A DNA stretch of 64,000 nucleotides from Spirochaetales bacterium (GCA_016342585.1 JAEINK010000007.1:40042-104041), one strand, 5' to 3'; counted from the stretch's first letter, positions 18,080-27,534 are shown. Program-made: numbers and translations. The notes: a model not told the origin generated them from the sequence alone.

Positions 18080-20665
18080 TTGTTGAAAATTCCCGAAAGT
18101 GTTTACCACAATACAATCCTCTATTCAGCTTTTGGTGTAGCCATTTTAGGAAGTAGTGGTACTATTCGCATGGCAAATAAAAGTTTGGAGCGAATGTTAA
18201 ATCGGAACCGGGAGGAGTTGGAAGGTAAGGACTTTTCCGACTTTCTAAATCTGGAGGATCAGCATAAATTCAGAAATGGGATGGATTCCATTAAAGGTGG
18301 AGTTAAAGATAATGTTGTAATGGAAGTTCATTTTCCAGGTAAAGATGGAGAAGATTGCTGGTATAAACTGCGAATGCATTTGATTCCTCATCCGGAAAAG
18401 GATTCCTGGATTCTGAATTTATGCCTTGAGGATATTACCGAACATTATAAACTAATACAAAAACTCACATCGGCAAGCCGTCAGGCGGAACGAGCCCGGG
18501 ATGAGGCAGAGCTGGCTACCCGGACAAAGTCTGAATTTCTTGCCAATACAAGCCATGAGATACGAACTCCTATTCATACAATTATCGGAATGACCGAGCT
18601 CTTGCTCGATACTGCCCTCGATCCGGAACAGCAGGAGTATGCAGAACAGGTTCAGTTTTCTGCCGATGTTCTTTTAAGCCTTATAAATGACATTCTGGAT
18701 TTTGAAAAAATCGAAGCCGGTAAACTCAAACTTGAAGCAATTGAGATGGGGCTTTACGAAATTCTCGAAAATGCCATGGATCTTGTTGTTCTTGAGGGAC
18801 ACCGCAAGGGACTTGAGATGATTCTGGATATAGGGGCTGAGGTCCCGGACAGGATTATAGGAGATCCTGTAAGGCTGAGACAGATCCTCGTTAACCTTGT
18901 GAATAATGCTATAAAATTTACTGCATCCGGTGAAATTCATACAACCGCCCGATTGGAGTCCATCCAGGATAATCGCTGTATTGTTAAATTTGTGGTGAGA
19001 GATACGGGGATTGGAATTTCTGAGGCAAAGAAAAGCAAACTTTTCAAAGAATTTTCCCAGGTTGACTCTTCGACTACCAGGAAATATGGCGGTACTGGTC
19101 TGGGATTATCGATCTCCAAAAAACTTTCAAAAATGATGAATGGTAAGATTGGTGTCGAAAGTCTGGAAAATGAGGGGTCATCGTTCTGGTTTACCGCCGA
19201 ATTTGAAGCCCTTCAAGATGATGATAGAAATATTACGAATAACAGGTTTCCCGACCATTCCGTTCTCATTGTTGATGATAATCTGAACTCTCTTAATGTT
19301 CTTAAGCGATATATTGAAGAGTGGGGCTGCCGGGTTGAAACGGCTACTTGTGGTCAGGATGCATTGGAGATGTTGAAAGCGGCTCATGCCTCAGGGAACC
19401 CCTTTAAATCCTGTTTTGTCGACCTGGTCATGCCTAGGATGGATGGCTGGCATTTTGCCAATGAGGTGAAGACCAGTGAAGACCTTAAGGATACAGCGCT
19501 TTTTCTGCTAAGCCCGGCGGGAAAGGGAACGATTGAACCCAAAATGAAACTGTTAAACTGGTTTTCAGATTATCTGGATAAACCAGTCAAAAGGCGGAAG
19601 CTCTTTCTCTCCTATTGCAAAAAGTGGGAAGAGGGACTTGTTTCCGAGATCCTGGAACACTCTGCTTCAACTTTAAGGGATGATGAAATGAGTCTTGGCA
19701 ATGGAAACATCCTCGTTGCCGAAGATCATGAGGTTAATCAGCAGCTCTTTAAAACTATCCTTGAGAATCTTGGCCAGATGGTTTCCATTGCGAATAATGG
19801 GCTTGAAGCCGTTCGCGCCGTAGAAAGGGATGAGTTTGATATCATCTTTATGGATGTTCAGATGCCGGAGATGAACGGTTATGAGGCAACCATGAAGATT
19901 AGAGAGTTGGGAGTTAAAATACCCATCGTTGCTGTTACTGCAAGTGCTATCAAGGGTGAAAAAGACAAATGCCTTTCGGTAGGGATGACGGATTTTTTGA
20001 CCAAACCCTTTAAAAAGAGGGATATCTCTCCTGTACTATATAAATATTTGGGAGAAGAGATTGCCTGCCTTGAAGAGCTGGAAGATGGCGAATGTCTTGT
20101 CGATGAGATTACAGAGATCGGAGAACTCGAAGCTGTTTCAGATGAGCTGGAGCCAATAGAAGAACTGTCCGTTGAGGATGAATCATTCGAAGAGTTACCC
20201 TCTGTCGAGGAATCCATTCAGACAAAGCCTATTGAAGAGGATTTTGATGATGAGGATTCTTCCTTGGTATATACTTCCCAAAATCAGGATGATATTTTTG
20301 CCGATCTCTCCTCTGACCCCCTTGATATTTTTAATCTTGAGGAGGCTAAGGATACTTTTATGGGGAAGACGGACCTTGTCCTTAAACTCCTTAAAAGTCA
20401 GGTCGAAAAGGTCGCTGGTCAAATACCCGTCATGGAAGATGCCCTTGCTGCTGAAGAGTGGGATACCTTTCGTGAAAGTGCTCACTCCATCAAGGGAGGC
20501 AGCTGGAATCTTGAGGCAAAGCAGATGGGGGATTGTGCTTTCGAGGCTGAAACTGCCGGGAAGGAACATGATGGTCTTGCAGGAAGACGAGCATTGGACA
20601 GGGTCGGTGAAGCCTATCGTCGTTTTAAAACCAGGGCCGAAGAGATTGTGGGAGAGAGTTTATAA
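18080..20665 (+). CDS. Hybrid sensor histidine kinase (PAS-HisKA-HATPase-REC-REC-acidic linker-Hpt)
   Basis: H-box SHEIRTPIHTIIGMTELL, N/G boxes NLVNNAIKF and GGTGLGLSISKKL, REC motifs DLVMPRMDG and MDVQMPEMNG, and Hpt SAHSIKGG. The start is a TTG just after ggaggag, so its exact position is uncertain. Confidence 0.9.
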   Translation: MLKIPESVYHNTILYSAFGVAILGSSGTIRMANKSLERMLNRNREELEGKDFSDFLNLEDQHKFRNGMDSIKGGVKDNVVMEVHFPGKDGEDCWYKLRMHLIPHPEKDSWILNLCLEDITEHYKLIQKLTSASRQAERARDEAELATRTKSEFLANTSHEIRTPIHTIIGMTELLLDTALDPEQQEYAEQVQFSADVLLSLINDILDFEKIEAGKLKLEAIEMGLYEILENAMDLVVLEGHRKGLEMILDIGAEVPDRIIGDPVRLRQILVNLVNNAIKFTASGEIHTTARLESIQDNRCIVKFVVRDTGIGISEAKKSKLFKEFSQVDSSTTRKYGGTGLGLSISKKLSKMMNGKIGVESLENEGSSFWFTAEFEALQDDDRNITNNRFPDHSVLIVDDNLNSLNVLKRYIEEWGCRVETATCGQDALEMLKAAHASGNPFKSCFVDLVMPRMDGWHFANEVKTSEDLKDTALFLLSPAGKGTIEPKMKLLNWFSDYLDKPVKRRKLFLSYCKKWEEGLVSEILEHSASTLRDDEMSLGNGNILVAEDHEVNQQLFKTILENLGQMVSIANNGLEAVRAVERDEFDIIFMDVQMPEMNGYEATMKIRELGVKIPIVAVTASAIKGEKDKCLSVGMTDFLTKPFKKRDISPVLYKYLGEEIACLEELEDGECLVDEITEIGELEAVSDELEPIEELSVEDESFEELPSVEESIQTKPIEEDFDDEDSSLVYTSQNQDDIFADLSSDPLDIFNLEEAKDTFMGKTDLVLKLLKSQVEKVAGQIPVMEDALAAEEWDTFRESAHSIKGGSWNLEAKQMGDCAFEAETAGKEHDGLAGRRALDRVGEAYRRFKTRAEEIVGESL

Positions 20666-20728
20666 TTTAAAAATATTGATTCGTTTGGAATTATCTTTTA
20701 TTTATAGAACCGTGTATAATTTTTCTAC

Positions 20729-20764
20729 AAAAAAAGGCCGGAGAAGGTGATCTCCTTTCCGGCC
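20729..20764 (-). terminator. Rho-independent terminator (minus strand; possibly also serves the plus-strand kinase gene)
   Basis: Read on the minus strand, the hairpin is ggccgga-aagg ... cc-tt-c-tccggcc with one bulge, followed by 7 T. Confidence 0.7.
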
Positions 20765-20853
20765 GTTAATTTCTTTCAATTGGAATTATTTCCGAAAGCC
20801 TACCATTATCATCATTATTACTTCCCTCCTTGTCGTTTTCCTTTCGATTCGAC

Positions 20854-21171
20854 TTAGACCTGAAATCCTGATGGTCTTACATTTCCCTGTTTTGCTTCGG
20901 CAGCATCCCGAAGTTTTGTTCCCAGGTTAATCAGACCCTTTCCCAACTTTTCAAGTCTTTGTCCACATCCGGCACAGATTCCTGTCCACCAGGGGGAGGA
21001 ACCACTCTTTACTGCCGAAGATCCGGTTTTGAAGGATGAACCATTGATTCTTACCCTGGCTGCATTTGCTGCCGCGATAGAATCGGCGAACCTTATGGCC
21101 CTGATTTCTCTTCCCATGTCCCTCCTGCCCTCTTCCAGAGCACGGAGATCCGCTGAATCGTGGGTTAACAT
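20854..21171 (-). CDS. Hypothetical protein, 105 aa, no recognised family
   Basis: ATG preceded by aaggag at 8 nt. Visibly more GC-rich than the AT-rich flanks. Bounded by terminators on both sides. No motif recognised. Confidence 0.45.
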   Translation of the reverse strand: MLTHDSADLRALEEGRRDMGREIRAIRFADSIAAANAARVRINGSSFKTGSSAVKSGSSPWWTGICAGCGQRLEKLGKGLINLGTKLRDAAEAKQGNVRPSGFQV

Positions 21172-21190
21172 ATACCCAACTCCTTTTTTT

Positions 21191-21221
21191 AAAAAAAAGA
21201 CCGTACTTCAATAGTACGGTC
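21191..21221 (-). terminator. Rho-independent terminator (minus strand)
   Basis: gaccgtac-tattgaa-gtacggtc followed by 8 T on the minus strand. Confidence 0.7.
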
Positions 21222-21255
21222 TTTTCGTTCGTGGAAAATCCATTTTCCACGGGCT

Positions 21256-21285
21256 AAAAAAAAACCGCAGTCTTCATGACTGCGG
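21256..21285 (-). terminator. Rho-independent terminator (minus strand)
   Basis: ccgcagtc-atgaa-gactgcgg followed by 9 T on the minus strand. Confidence 0.75.
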
Positions 21286-21532
21286 CAACTTCTCAAAATA
21301 TATATTCCTAGAAGAAAATGGCAGACACAAAGTTCTTATATACTACAGCTGAAAGCTGAAAATCTCTGATATAAGTCATGTATCCGCTCCTTTTTAGCAA
21401 TTAATTCAGGTTTCCCTGTTATTCAAATAAGAATGGCCTATAAAATAACATTTGTCAACTCGGGTATGTAAAAAATCATATGAAATAACTCGAAATCCAT
21501 AGTTTTTTCCCGATCGAACTCCTTTTAAACGA

Positions 21533-22138
21533 TTAAAGGTCTCTATTCTTATCAATTTCCATCATGAGCTGTTTATAATTAACGGCTACAGGCAGATCGG
21601 GGTTTTCCTGAACAATGTTATCCGGGGGACAGTACAAAACTCCGGCATCCGCTTTTCTGATCATGGTAAGATCGTTGTAGGAGTCTCCTGCCGCAATGAC
21701 TTTCAGTCCCATGGAATGAAAACCTTCAACAGCCTTGCGTTTTCCATCCTGCTGTCTGAGGGCGAAATCTACAACACAGTCATTCTCATCAATGACAAGA
21801 GAGTTACAGAAGATAGTGGGCCATGACAGTTTTTTCATCATTGGTTTGGCAAACTGGGTGAATGTGTCTGAAAGGATTACCACCTGGGTTTTTTCCCTTA
21901 AATTGTTCATAAACTCAGCAGCTCCGGGAATGGGATCCATTGTGCCGATCACTTCCTGGATATCGGCCAGCTTAAGGTTGTTTTCTTTGAGAATCCCTAT
22001 GCGTTTTTTCATTAAAACACTGTAATTGGGTATATCTCTGGTTGTTAATCTTAACTCTTCAATACCTGTTTTTTCTGCAAAATTGATCCAGATTTCCGGA
22101 ATCAGTACCCCTTCGAGGTCCAGACATACTAGGTGCAT
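21533..22138 (-). CDS. thrH: ThrH-like phosphoserine phosphatase / homoserine phosphotransferase (HAD family)
   Basis: CLDLEGVLIPEIWINFAEKTGIEEL...TTRDIPNYSVLMKKR...VVILSDTF...AAGDSYND closely parallels Pseudomonas ThrH as I remember it. Confidence 0.7.
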   Translation of the reverse strand: MHLVCLDLEGVLIPEIWINFAEKTGIEELRLTTRDIPNYSVLMKKRIGILKENNLKLADIQEVIGTMDPIPGAAEFMNNLREKTQVVILSDTFTQFAKPMMKKLSWPTIFCNSLVIDENDCVVDFALRQQDGKRKAVEGFHSMGLKVIAAGDSYNDLTMIRKADAGVLYCPPDNIVQENPDLPVAVNYKQLMMEIDKNRDL

Positions 22139-22162
22139 TATTATCTCCTGTTGATGGAATAT

Positions 22163-22897
22163 TTATTCTGCTAAACGAAACTCTTCCGGGAGGGCCGAGC
22201 TGATTATCTGCTCAATTTTTCCGGTGAGTGCTTTTCTCTCTTCCCTATCCATACCGACGGTTTCGATTGGGTTGTGAATCGTGATTTTAGTTGTATTCGC
22301 TGTTACTCTTCCCGTCTCCTCAAAACAGCGGAAGAGTCCATTTATGGTGATGGGAACGATAGTTATATCATATCTGACAGCCATCTGAAGGCCGCCTGCT
22401 TTGAATTTTTTCATTTTTCCGTTTTTTGCTCTGGTTCCTTCAGGAAAGAGGACTTTAGGGTATCCCATTGTTATCTGTTCCATTCCCGTTTCAATGGCTC
22501 TTAAAGCCTGTCTTCCCTGGCCGCGATCGATGAAGATACAGTGGATGGCGCGAATCCAAAAGTTTAGGATGGGAACCCTGTTCAACTCTTTTTTGGCAAT
22601 GAAACCGACCCTTTTCCCCATAAATCCCATGACCATTGGAATATCACCGTAGCTTTGATGATTAGCAACAAAGCAAATTCTGTTATGCTCAGGGATTTTT
22701 TCCATACCCTCAAACTCGAATTTCTGACCGGCAACGAAGAACATGAATTTTGACCAGGCGGCAGTCATCCAAATTAAGAATTTCTCTTCACTCTTTTTAA
22801 GTTTGAACAGATTCAGAAATCCAAGGGGAATAAAGAAAACACTTAAGAGTATGAGTGTTACCCAAAAGACAAGGGCAAAAATAATTGTTCTAATCAT
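22163..22897 (-). CDS. plsC: 1-acyl-sn-glycerol-3-phosphate acyltransferase
   Basis: N-terminal TM helix, HX4D motif NHQSYGD, and FPEGTR. Confidence 0.85.
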   Translation of the reverse strand: MIRTIIFALVFWVTLILLSVFFIPLGFLNLFKLKKSEEKFLIWMTAAWSKFMFFVAGQKFEFEGMEKIPEHNRICFVANHQSYGDIPMVMGFMGKRVGFIAKKELNRVPILNFWIRAIHCIFIDRGQGRQALRAIETGMEQITMGYPKVLFPEGTRAKNGKMKKFKAGGLQMAVRYDITIVPITINGLFRCFEETGRVTANTTKITIHNPIETVGMDREERKALTGKIEQIISSALPEEFRLAE

Positions 22898-23025
22898 GGT
22901 AGTATTTTAGATAATTTTTCTGGTTTTGCAAATACCCTGAAAGCACCCACCAATTTGAATACATTTGCTCAGGTCTTTAGAATTCCGGGCTTGACCGGAG
23001 GGGATTCGGGGTTTACCTTTCAATA

Positions 23026-24138
23026 ATGAAAACAATTAATCAGATTAATCCACAACTAATGAACGCCGCCAGGGTTGCCATCAATGATGCCCTTCAGGTT
23101 AAAAAAGATGAAAAAGTCCTTATTATTACAAACCCGGAAGAAGAAGTTTCGGAAATCTCACAGGCCTTATACAGGGCCTCTAACGATGCAGGCGCAAAAA
23201 CCGTCCTTGTTTATCAGGACATAAAAAACCAGCTCTCCTTTGCCGAGGATTGTGTGATCGGAGCCATCGGTGCTGCTCCGGATGTACTCATCTCCATGAG
23301 TCATGACAAGTTGGGAAAGGATTTTATGGCTATTACCGAACCCTTCGAATATGAGGGAAAGTCAATCAATAACACATTTCATTATCTCTTGAAGTCCAAA
23401 CAGACCCGATCATTTTGGTCACCGTCAACAACTATTGATATGTTTACGAACATGGTACCTATCGATTATGCCCGGCTGAAAAAGGAAGCCCTCTGGGTTA
23501 AGGAAATATTTGATAAGGCCGCATCTATCCGTGTGACAGCTCCCGGAGGAACAGACATTACCTTTGGGGTCCAGGCGAGAAAAGGGATGCTGGACGATGG
23601 CGATTTTTCCAGGCCGGGGGCCGGGGGCAATCTGCCTGCCGGTGAAACTTTCATCTCTCCCGAGGTGGGGAGTTCTGAAGGGGTTATTGTTTTTGATGGT
23701 TCCATCTCCTCCTACAATGGAATTATTCTGATAGAAGAGCCTATCCGCGTTGAATATCGTAATGGTTTTGCTGTCTCTGTTACTGGAGGTAAAGAGGCGG
23801 AAGAACTCCTGAAAACTATCACTTTAGCAGAAGAGAATGCTATTGCTTATGAGAAAGAGGGAAAAATCCCTGCCGGGGCAGGTGAAGCCTATAAAAAAAA
23901 TGCCCGCTCGCTTGGAGAATTGGGAATCGGATTGAATCCAGCGGCTACTATTACCGGAAATATGCTTGGTGACGAGAAGGTATATAAAACTTGTCATTTT
24001 GCTATAGGAAGCAACTATGATGACGATGCCGAAGCATTGATCCATCTTGATGGTCTGGTTCTAAAACCGACGACTCTGGCGATTATGGAAGATGGGAAAG
24101 AGGTTGTTATTACCAAAGATGGAAAATTAAATATTTAA
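23026..24138 (+). CDS. M29-family aminopeptidase (aminopeptidase T/PepS-like)
   Basis: 370 aa. GGNLPAGETFISPE, ELGIGLNP and HFAIGSNY blocks are typical of M29. Confidence 0.7.
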   Translation: MKTINQINPQLMNAARVAINDALQVKKDEKVLIITNPEEEVSEISQALYRASNDAGAKTVLVYQDIKNQLSFAEDCVIGAIGAAPDVLISMSHDKLGKDFMAITEPFEYEGKSINNTFHYLLKSKQTRSFWSPSTTIDMFTNMVPIDYARLKKEALWVKEIFDKAASIRVTAPGGTDITFGVQARKGMLDDGDFSRPGAGGNLPAGETFISPEVGSSEGVIVFDGSISSYNGIILIEEPIRVEYRNGFAVSVTGGKEAEELLKTITLAEENAIAYEKEGKIPAGAGEAYKKNARSLGELGIGLNPAATITGNMLGDEKVYKTCHFAIGSNYDDDAEALIHLDGLVLKPTTLAIMEDGKEVVITKDGKLNI

Positions 24139-25394
24139 TTTTTTTTGTCTTCGTCTATCGGAACTATCCTGCAGATTAAGGTTTTTATCCTGTTTTTCTC
24201 AACCTTTTCTGCAGTAAGTTCTGCTCCCGGAACGGATATTGTTTCTCCCTCGTGGGGGAACCGATCTAAAATCTCTACCATATATCCGGCGATGGTCTGA
24301 AAGTTTTTGCTGTAATCCAGGTGAATGTCCAGGATATCGTGAACCTGATGAAGGCTTGTATCACCTTGAATCCTGTACAGGCCTTTACCTGTTTCCGCTA
24401 TTTTTTCACTTTCCACCGATTCATTTTCATCCCAGAGTTCTCCCATAAGCTCTTCAATTACATCTTCCCGGCTCACAATTCCCGCCAGACCACCGTATTC
24501 ATCGAGGACTACCGCCAGGTTCAAATGTTCTTTTTTAAACTGGTGGAAGAGCTTGTTGAGCTTCCGGTTTTCAGGAACGAAGATGGCTTCCCTGGCGATC
24601 TCTTTCAGCTTGAGCTGCTCTTCCCCTGTCATCAGGGTGGATGCCGCGTCACTTGCCAGGATCACTCCGGTAATCTGTTCAGAATTATCCCTGAATATCG
24701 GGATTCTGGAAAACCCTGAATCGTGGATCAATGGAAGAGCCTCTTTAAGGCTGATAGATTGATCGAGACTGAAGACTTCTGTTCTGTGAGTCATGATCGC
24801 ACCGGCGGTTACATTATTGAACCTGAAAACCCCTTTTACCAGATCCTGTTCATAATCTTTAACCACACCCTGGGCGTTTGCCATGGTCATTAGATGTAGC
24901 AGTCCTTCCAGGGAGATCTGATCCGCCTCTGTTCTGGCAAAGATTCTTGTTATCCTGTTGCTGACAAGGTTTATTATCCAGATAAAGGGTCGGAAGACCC
25001 AGGAGAGAACCTGTACCGGAACTACCGCGGCCATAGCGATCTCTCCGCACCGGTTAATGGCTATCTGCTTTGGTGTGACTTCTGCGAAAATCAGGATTAA
25101 AAGGGTGAGGATTCCCGTGGATGCACCTACCGCATAGTTACCGAAAAGTTTTACAGTAGCCAGGGTTGCCAGGGAAGAGGCCGCAATGTTTACCAGATTA
25201 TTTCCGATCAGTATTGTTGTAAGGAGAATTTCGGGCTTCTCCATCATCGCTTCTACTTTTTTCCCATTCTTACTGTTTTTTATAATCAGTTCCCGAATCT
25301 TCAGCAAGGAGAGAGAGGTAAAAGCGGTCTCAGTGGCTGAAAAAAGGGAAGACATCAGAAGAAGGAGAACCAGGGCTATGAAAGTCATTGTCAT
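24135..25394 (-). CDS. CNNM/DUF21-CBS-CorC_HlyC family protein (hemolysin-family, putative Mg/Co efflux)
   Basis: N-terminal 4-TM DUF21 (SATETAFTSLS), a CBS pair and a C-terminal CorC_HlyC-like domain. Confidence 0.8.
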   Translation of the reverse strand: MTMTFIALVLLLLMSSLFSATETAFTSLSLLKIRELIIKNSKNGKKVEAMMEKPEILLTTILIGNNLVNIAASSLATLATVKLFGNYAVGASTGILTLLILIFAEVTPKQIAINRCGEIAMAAVVPVQVLSWVFRPFIWIINLVSNRITRIFARTEADQISLEGLLHLMTMANAQGVVKDYEQDLVKGVFRFNNVTAGAIMTHRTEVFSLDQSISLKEALPLIHDSGFSRIPIFRDNSEQITGVILASDAASTLMTGEEQLKLKEIAREAIFVPENRKLNKLFHQFKKEHLNLAVVLDEYGGLAGIVSREDVIEELMGELWDENESVESEKIAETGKGLYRIQGDTSLHQVHDILDIHLDYSKNFQTIAGYMVEILDRFPHEGETISVPGAELTAEKVEKNRIKTLICRIVPIDEDKKN

Positions 25395-25595
25395 CAGCGC
25401 AGGTTCCGGCTTATAGGTTCAGGGTAAGGGTCATCGTCCATAGGCAAAGTATAATCGGTAGGTAATTTTTATACAATATCTGGGTTTCATGTTTGGCCTT
25501 TGGTGAAAAATTTATTATATTCTCATAAATAACTACTTTCAAAGCGTTTTTTATGCGCCATTAACATTACAAGCTGATAGGAGAATTAAAGAGTC

Positions 25596-27473
25596 ATGTC
25601 CAACAAAAAATTCAAAACGGAGGTTTCTCAGCTTCTAAAGCTGATCATTCACTCCCTCTATTCCCACAAGGAAATATTTTTAAGGGAGCTTGTATCCAAT
25701 GCCTCAGATGCGCTGGATAAACTGAAATACCTGACGATTACTGATGATGAGTATAAAAAACTCGACTTTAATCCAAGGATTGATATTACCTTTGACGATG
25801 AGAAAAAGAAGATCCTTACAATAGCAGATTCAGGAATTGGAATGAACGAAGAGGATCTGGATAAGAATCTGGGAACCATTGCCCGTTCCGGAACTCAGAG
25901 CTTTTTATCCCAGCTGACAGGAGACGCCAAAAAGGATTCAAATCTTATTGGTCAGTTTGGTGTGGGATTTTACTCTTGTTTTATGATTGCCGATAAGGTT
26001 GAGGTTATTTCCCGCAAGGCTGGTGAGGATAAGGCCTGGATGTGGACCAGTGATGGTGAGAGCTCCTATTCGATTAAAGAGTCCGAAAGGGAAACTTTTG
26101 GAACCACCATCAAGCTTTACCTGAATGAAGAGGGCGAAGAGTATGCCAACAGATGGCAGCTTGAACAGCTTGTAAAGAAATATTCGGATCACATCGCATT
26201 TCCTATTTTTCTTGAGTATGATCAGAAGAGTTATGAAGGCGAGGGAGATGATAAAAAAGAGGTTATTGAGCACAAAGTTGAACAGATCAACAATGCTTCG
26301 GCCATCTGGAAAAGATCCAAATCCGAGCTAACCGATGAGGATTATAATGAGTTTTATAAAACCATTGGTCACGATTCTGAAGAGCCCCTTCACTATATTC
26401 ATACAAAGGCTGAAGGAACACAGGAGTACACAACTCTTTTTTATATCCCGAAGAAAGCTCCCTTTGACATGTTTCAGGCCGATTTCAAACCTGGTGTTAA
26501 GCTTTATGTCAGCCGTGTTTTTATCACCGACGATGAAAAAGAGCTTATGCCCGTATATTTAAGGTTCCTCAGGGGTGTTATCGATTCGGAAGATCTCCCC
26601 TTGAATGTAAGTCGTGAGATTCTTCAGCAGAACAGGATCATGACAAATATCCGAAGCTCCTCTGTAAAAAAGGTCCTTTCTGAACTTAAAGGGCTTGCCG
26701 AGAATAATGCGGATAAGTACCTGGATTTCATCAAACAGTACAATCGACCTCTTAAGGAGGGGCTCTACAGCGACTATGCAAACAGGGAATCCCTCATGGA
26801 GCTTGTCCGATTCAAAACAACAGATTCTGAAGATGGTTATACAAGTCTTGCAGACTATGTTGAAAGGATGCCTGAAGATCAGAAGGGCATCTACTACATT
26901 ACCGGTGATAATGAGGATACTTTAAGAAACTCACCTTTGCTTGAAGCCTATAAAAAGAAAGGGTGGGAGATCCTCATCATGGATGATGAGATCGATGAAA
27001 TCGTTGTTCCCACTCTCGGTAAGTATAAAGAGAAGGATTTCAAGGCTGTTAATAAATCAAGTTCGGATGAGGATCTTAAGACTGATGTCGACAAGAAGAA
27101 AGAGGAGGAGTTGAAACCTGTTCTTGACAAGATCAAAGAGATTCTCGGTGACAAGGTCAAGGATGTCGTGGCTTCCTCCCGACTTTCAGACTCACCTTCC
27201 TGTATTGTAACGGATGATAATGATCCTACGGCTCAGATGCAGCAGATGCTTAAGGCTATGGGTCAGGGTGATATGGCGGATATCAAACCCATCCTTGAGG
27301 TGAATCCCGATCATGAGATCGTGACAAAGCTTCAGAATACCGAGGATAAGGTTGTTCTCGAGGATGTTTCTTTTCTTCTGCTGGAGCAGGCAATGATTGC
27401 CGAGGGCATGATGGTTAAAAAGCCCGCTGAATTTGTAAAGAGGCTGAATAGGGTATTGGGGAAATCACTCTAG
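25596..27473 (+). CDS. htpG: Molecular chaperone HtpG (Hsp90)
   Basis: FKTEVSQLLKLIIHSLYSHKEIFLRELVSNASDALDK, IGQFGVGFYS and LNVSREILQ. Confidence 0.97.
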   Translation: MSNKKFKTEVSQLLKLIIHSLYSHKEIFLRELVSNASDALDKLKYLTITDDEYKKLDFNPRIDITFDDEKKKILTIADSGIGMNEEDLDKNLGTIARSGTQSFLSQLTGDAKKDSNLIGQFGVGFYSCFMIADKVEVISRKAGEDKAWMWTSDGESSYSIKESERETFGTTIKLYLNEEGEEYANRWQLEQLVKKYSDHIAFPIFLEYDQKSYEGEGDDKKEVIEHKVEQINNASAIWKRSKSELTDEDYNEFYKTIGHDSEEPLHYIHTKAEGTQEYTTLFYIPKKAPFDMFQADFKPGVKLYVSRVFITDDEKELMPVYLRFLRGVIDSEDLPLNVSREILQQNRIMTNIRSSSVKKVLSELKGLAENNADKYLDFIKQYNRPLKEGLYSDYANRESLMELVRFKTTDSEDGYTSLADYVERMPEDQKGIYYITGDNEDTLRNSPLLEAYKKKGWEILIMDDEIDEIVVPTLGKYKEKDFKAVNKSSSDEDLKTDVDKKKEEELKPVLDKIKEILGDKVKDVVASSRLSDSPSCIVTDDNDPTAQMQQMLKAMGQGDMADIKPILEVNPDHEIVTKLQNTEDKVVLEDVSFLLLEQAMIAEGMMVKKPAEFVKRLNRVLGKSL

Positions 27474-27534
27474 GCTGTGTAATATCAGCAGGCTTTTTTA
27501 ATAAACCCGGGACATTGTTAATGTGTCGGGATCT

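Noticed and set aside
886-20665. A Detocs-like antiphage idea combining the hybrid kinase, a receiver-only protein and a purine nucleoside phosphorylase.
   Set aside because: The PNP is a stand-alone housekeeping-type enzyme 15 kb away, next to a nucleoside-binding protein. It is not fused to a receiver, and no other defence-island features are present.
20172-20750. 192-aa plus-strand ORF overlapping the 3' end of the hybrid kinase in another frame.
   Set aside because: The kinase frame encodes the Hpt motif SAHSIKGG in the same region, so the alternative frame is an artefact of the acidic GA-rich linker.
20854-21171. The GC-rich 105-codon region read as a structured RNA gene (tmRNA, RNase P RNA, SRP RNA or 6S RNA).
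   Set aside because: None of the conserved boxes is present on either strand, including the tmRNA 5' GGGG and 3' tRNA-like end, RNase P GAGGAAAGUCC, and the SRP GGAAG/AGCA motif. An RBS-preceded ORF explains the region better.
20951-21250. 99-aa minus-strand ORF in an alternative frame to the 105-aa ORF.
   Set aside because: It would start inside the hairpin block and run through a terminator. It has no RBS, whereas the 105-aa frame has aaggag at 8 nt.
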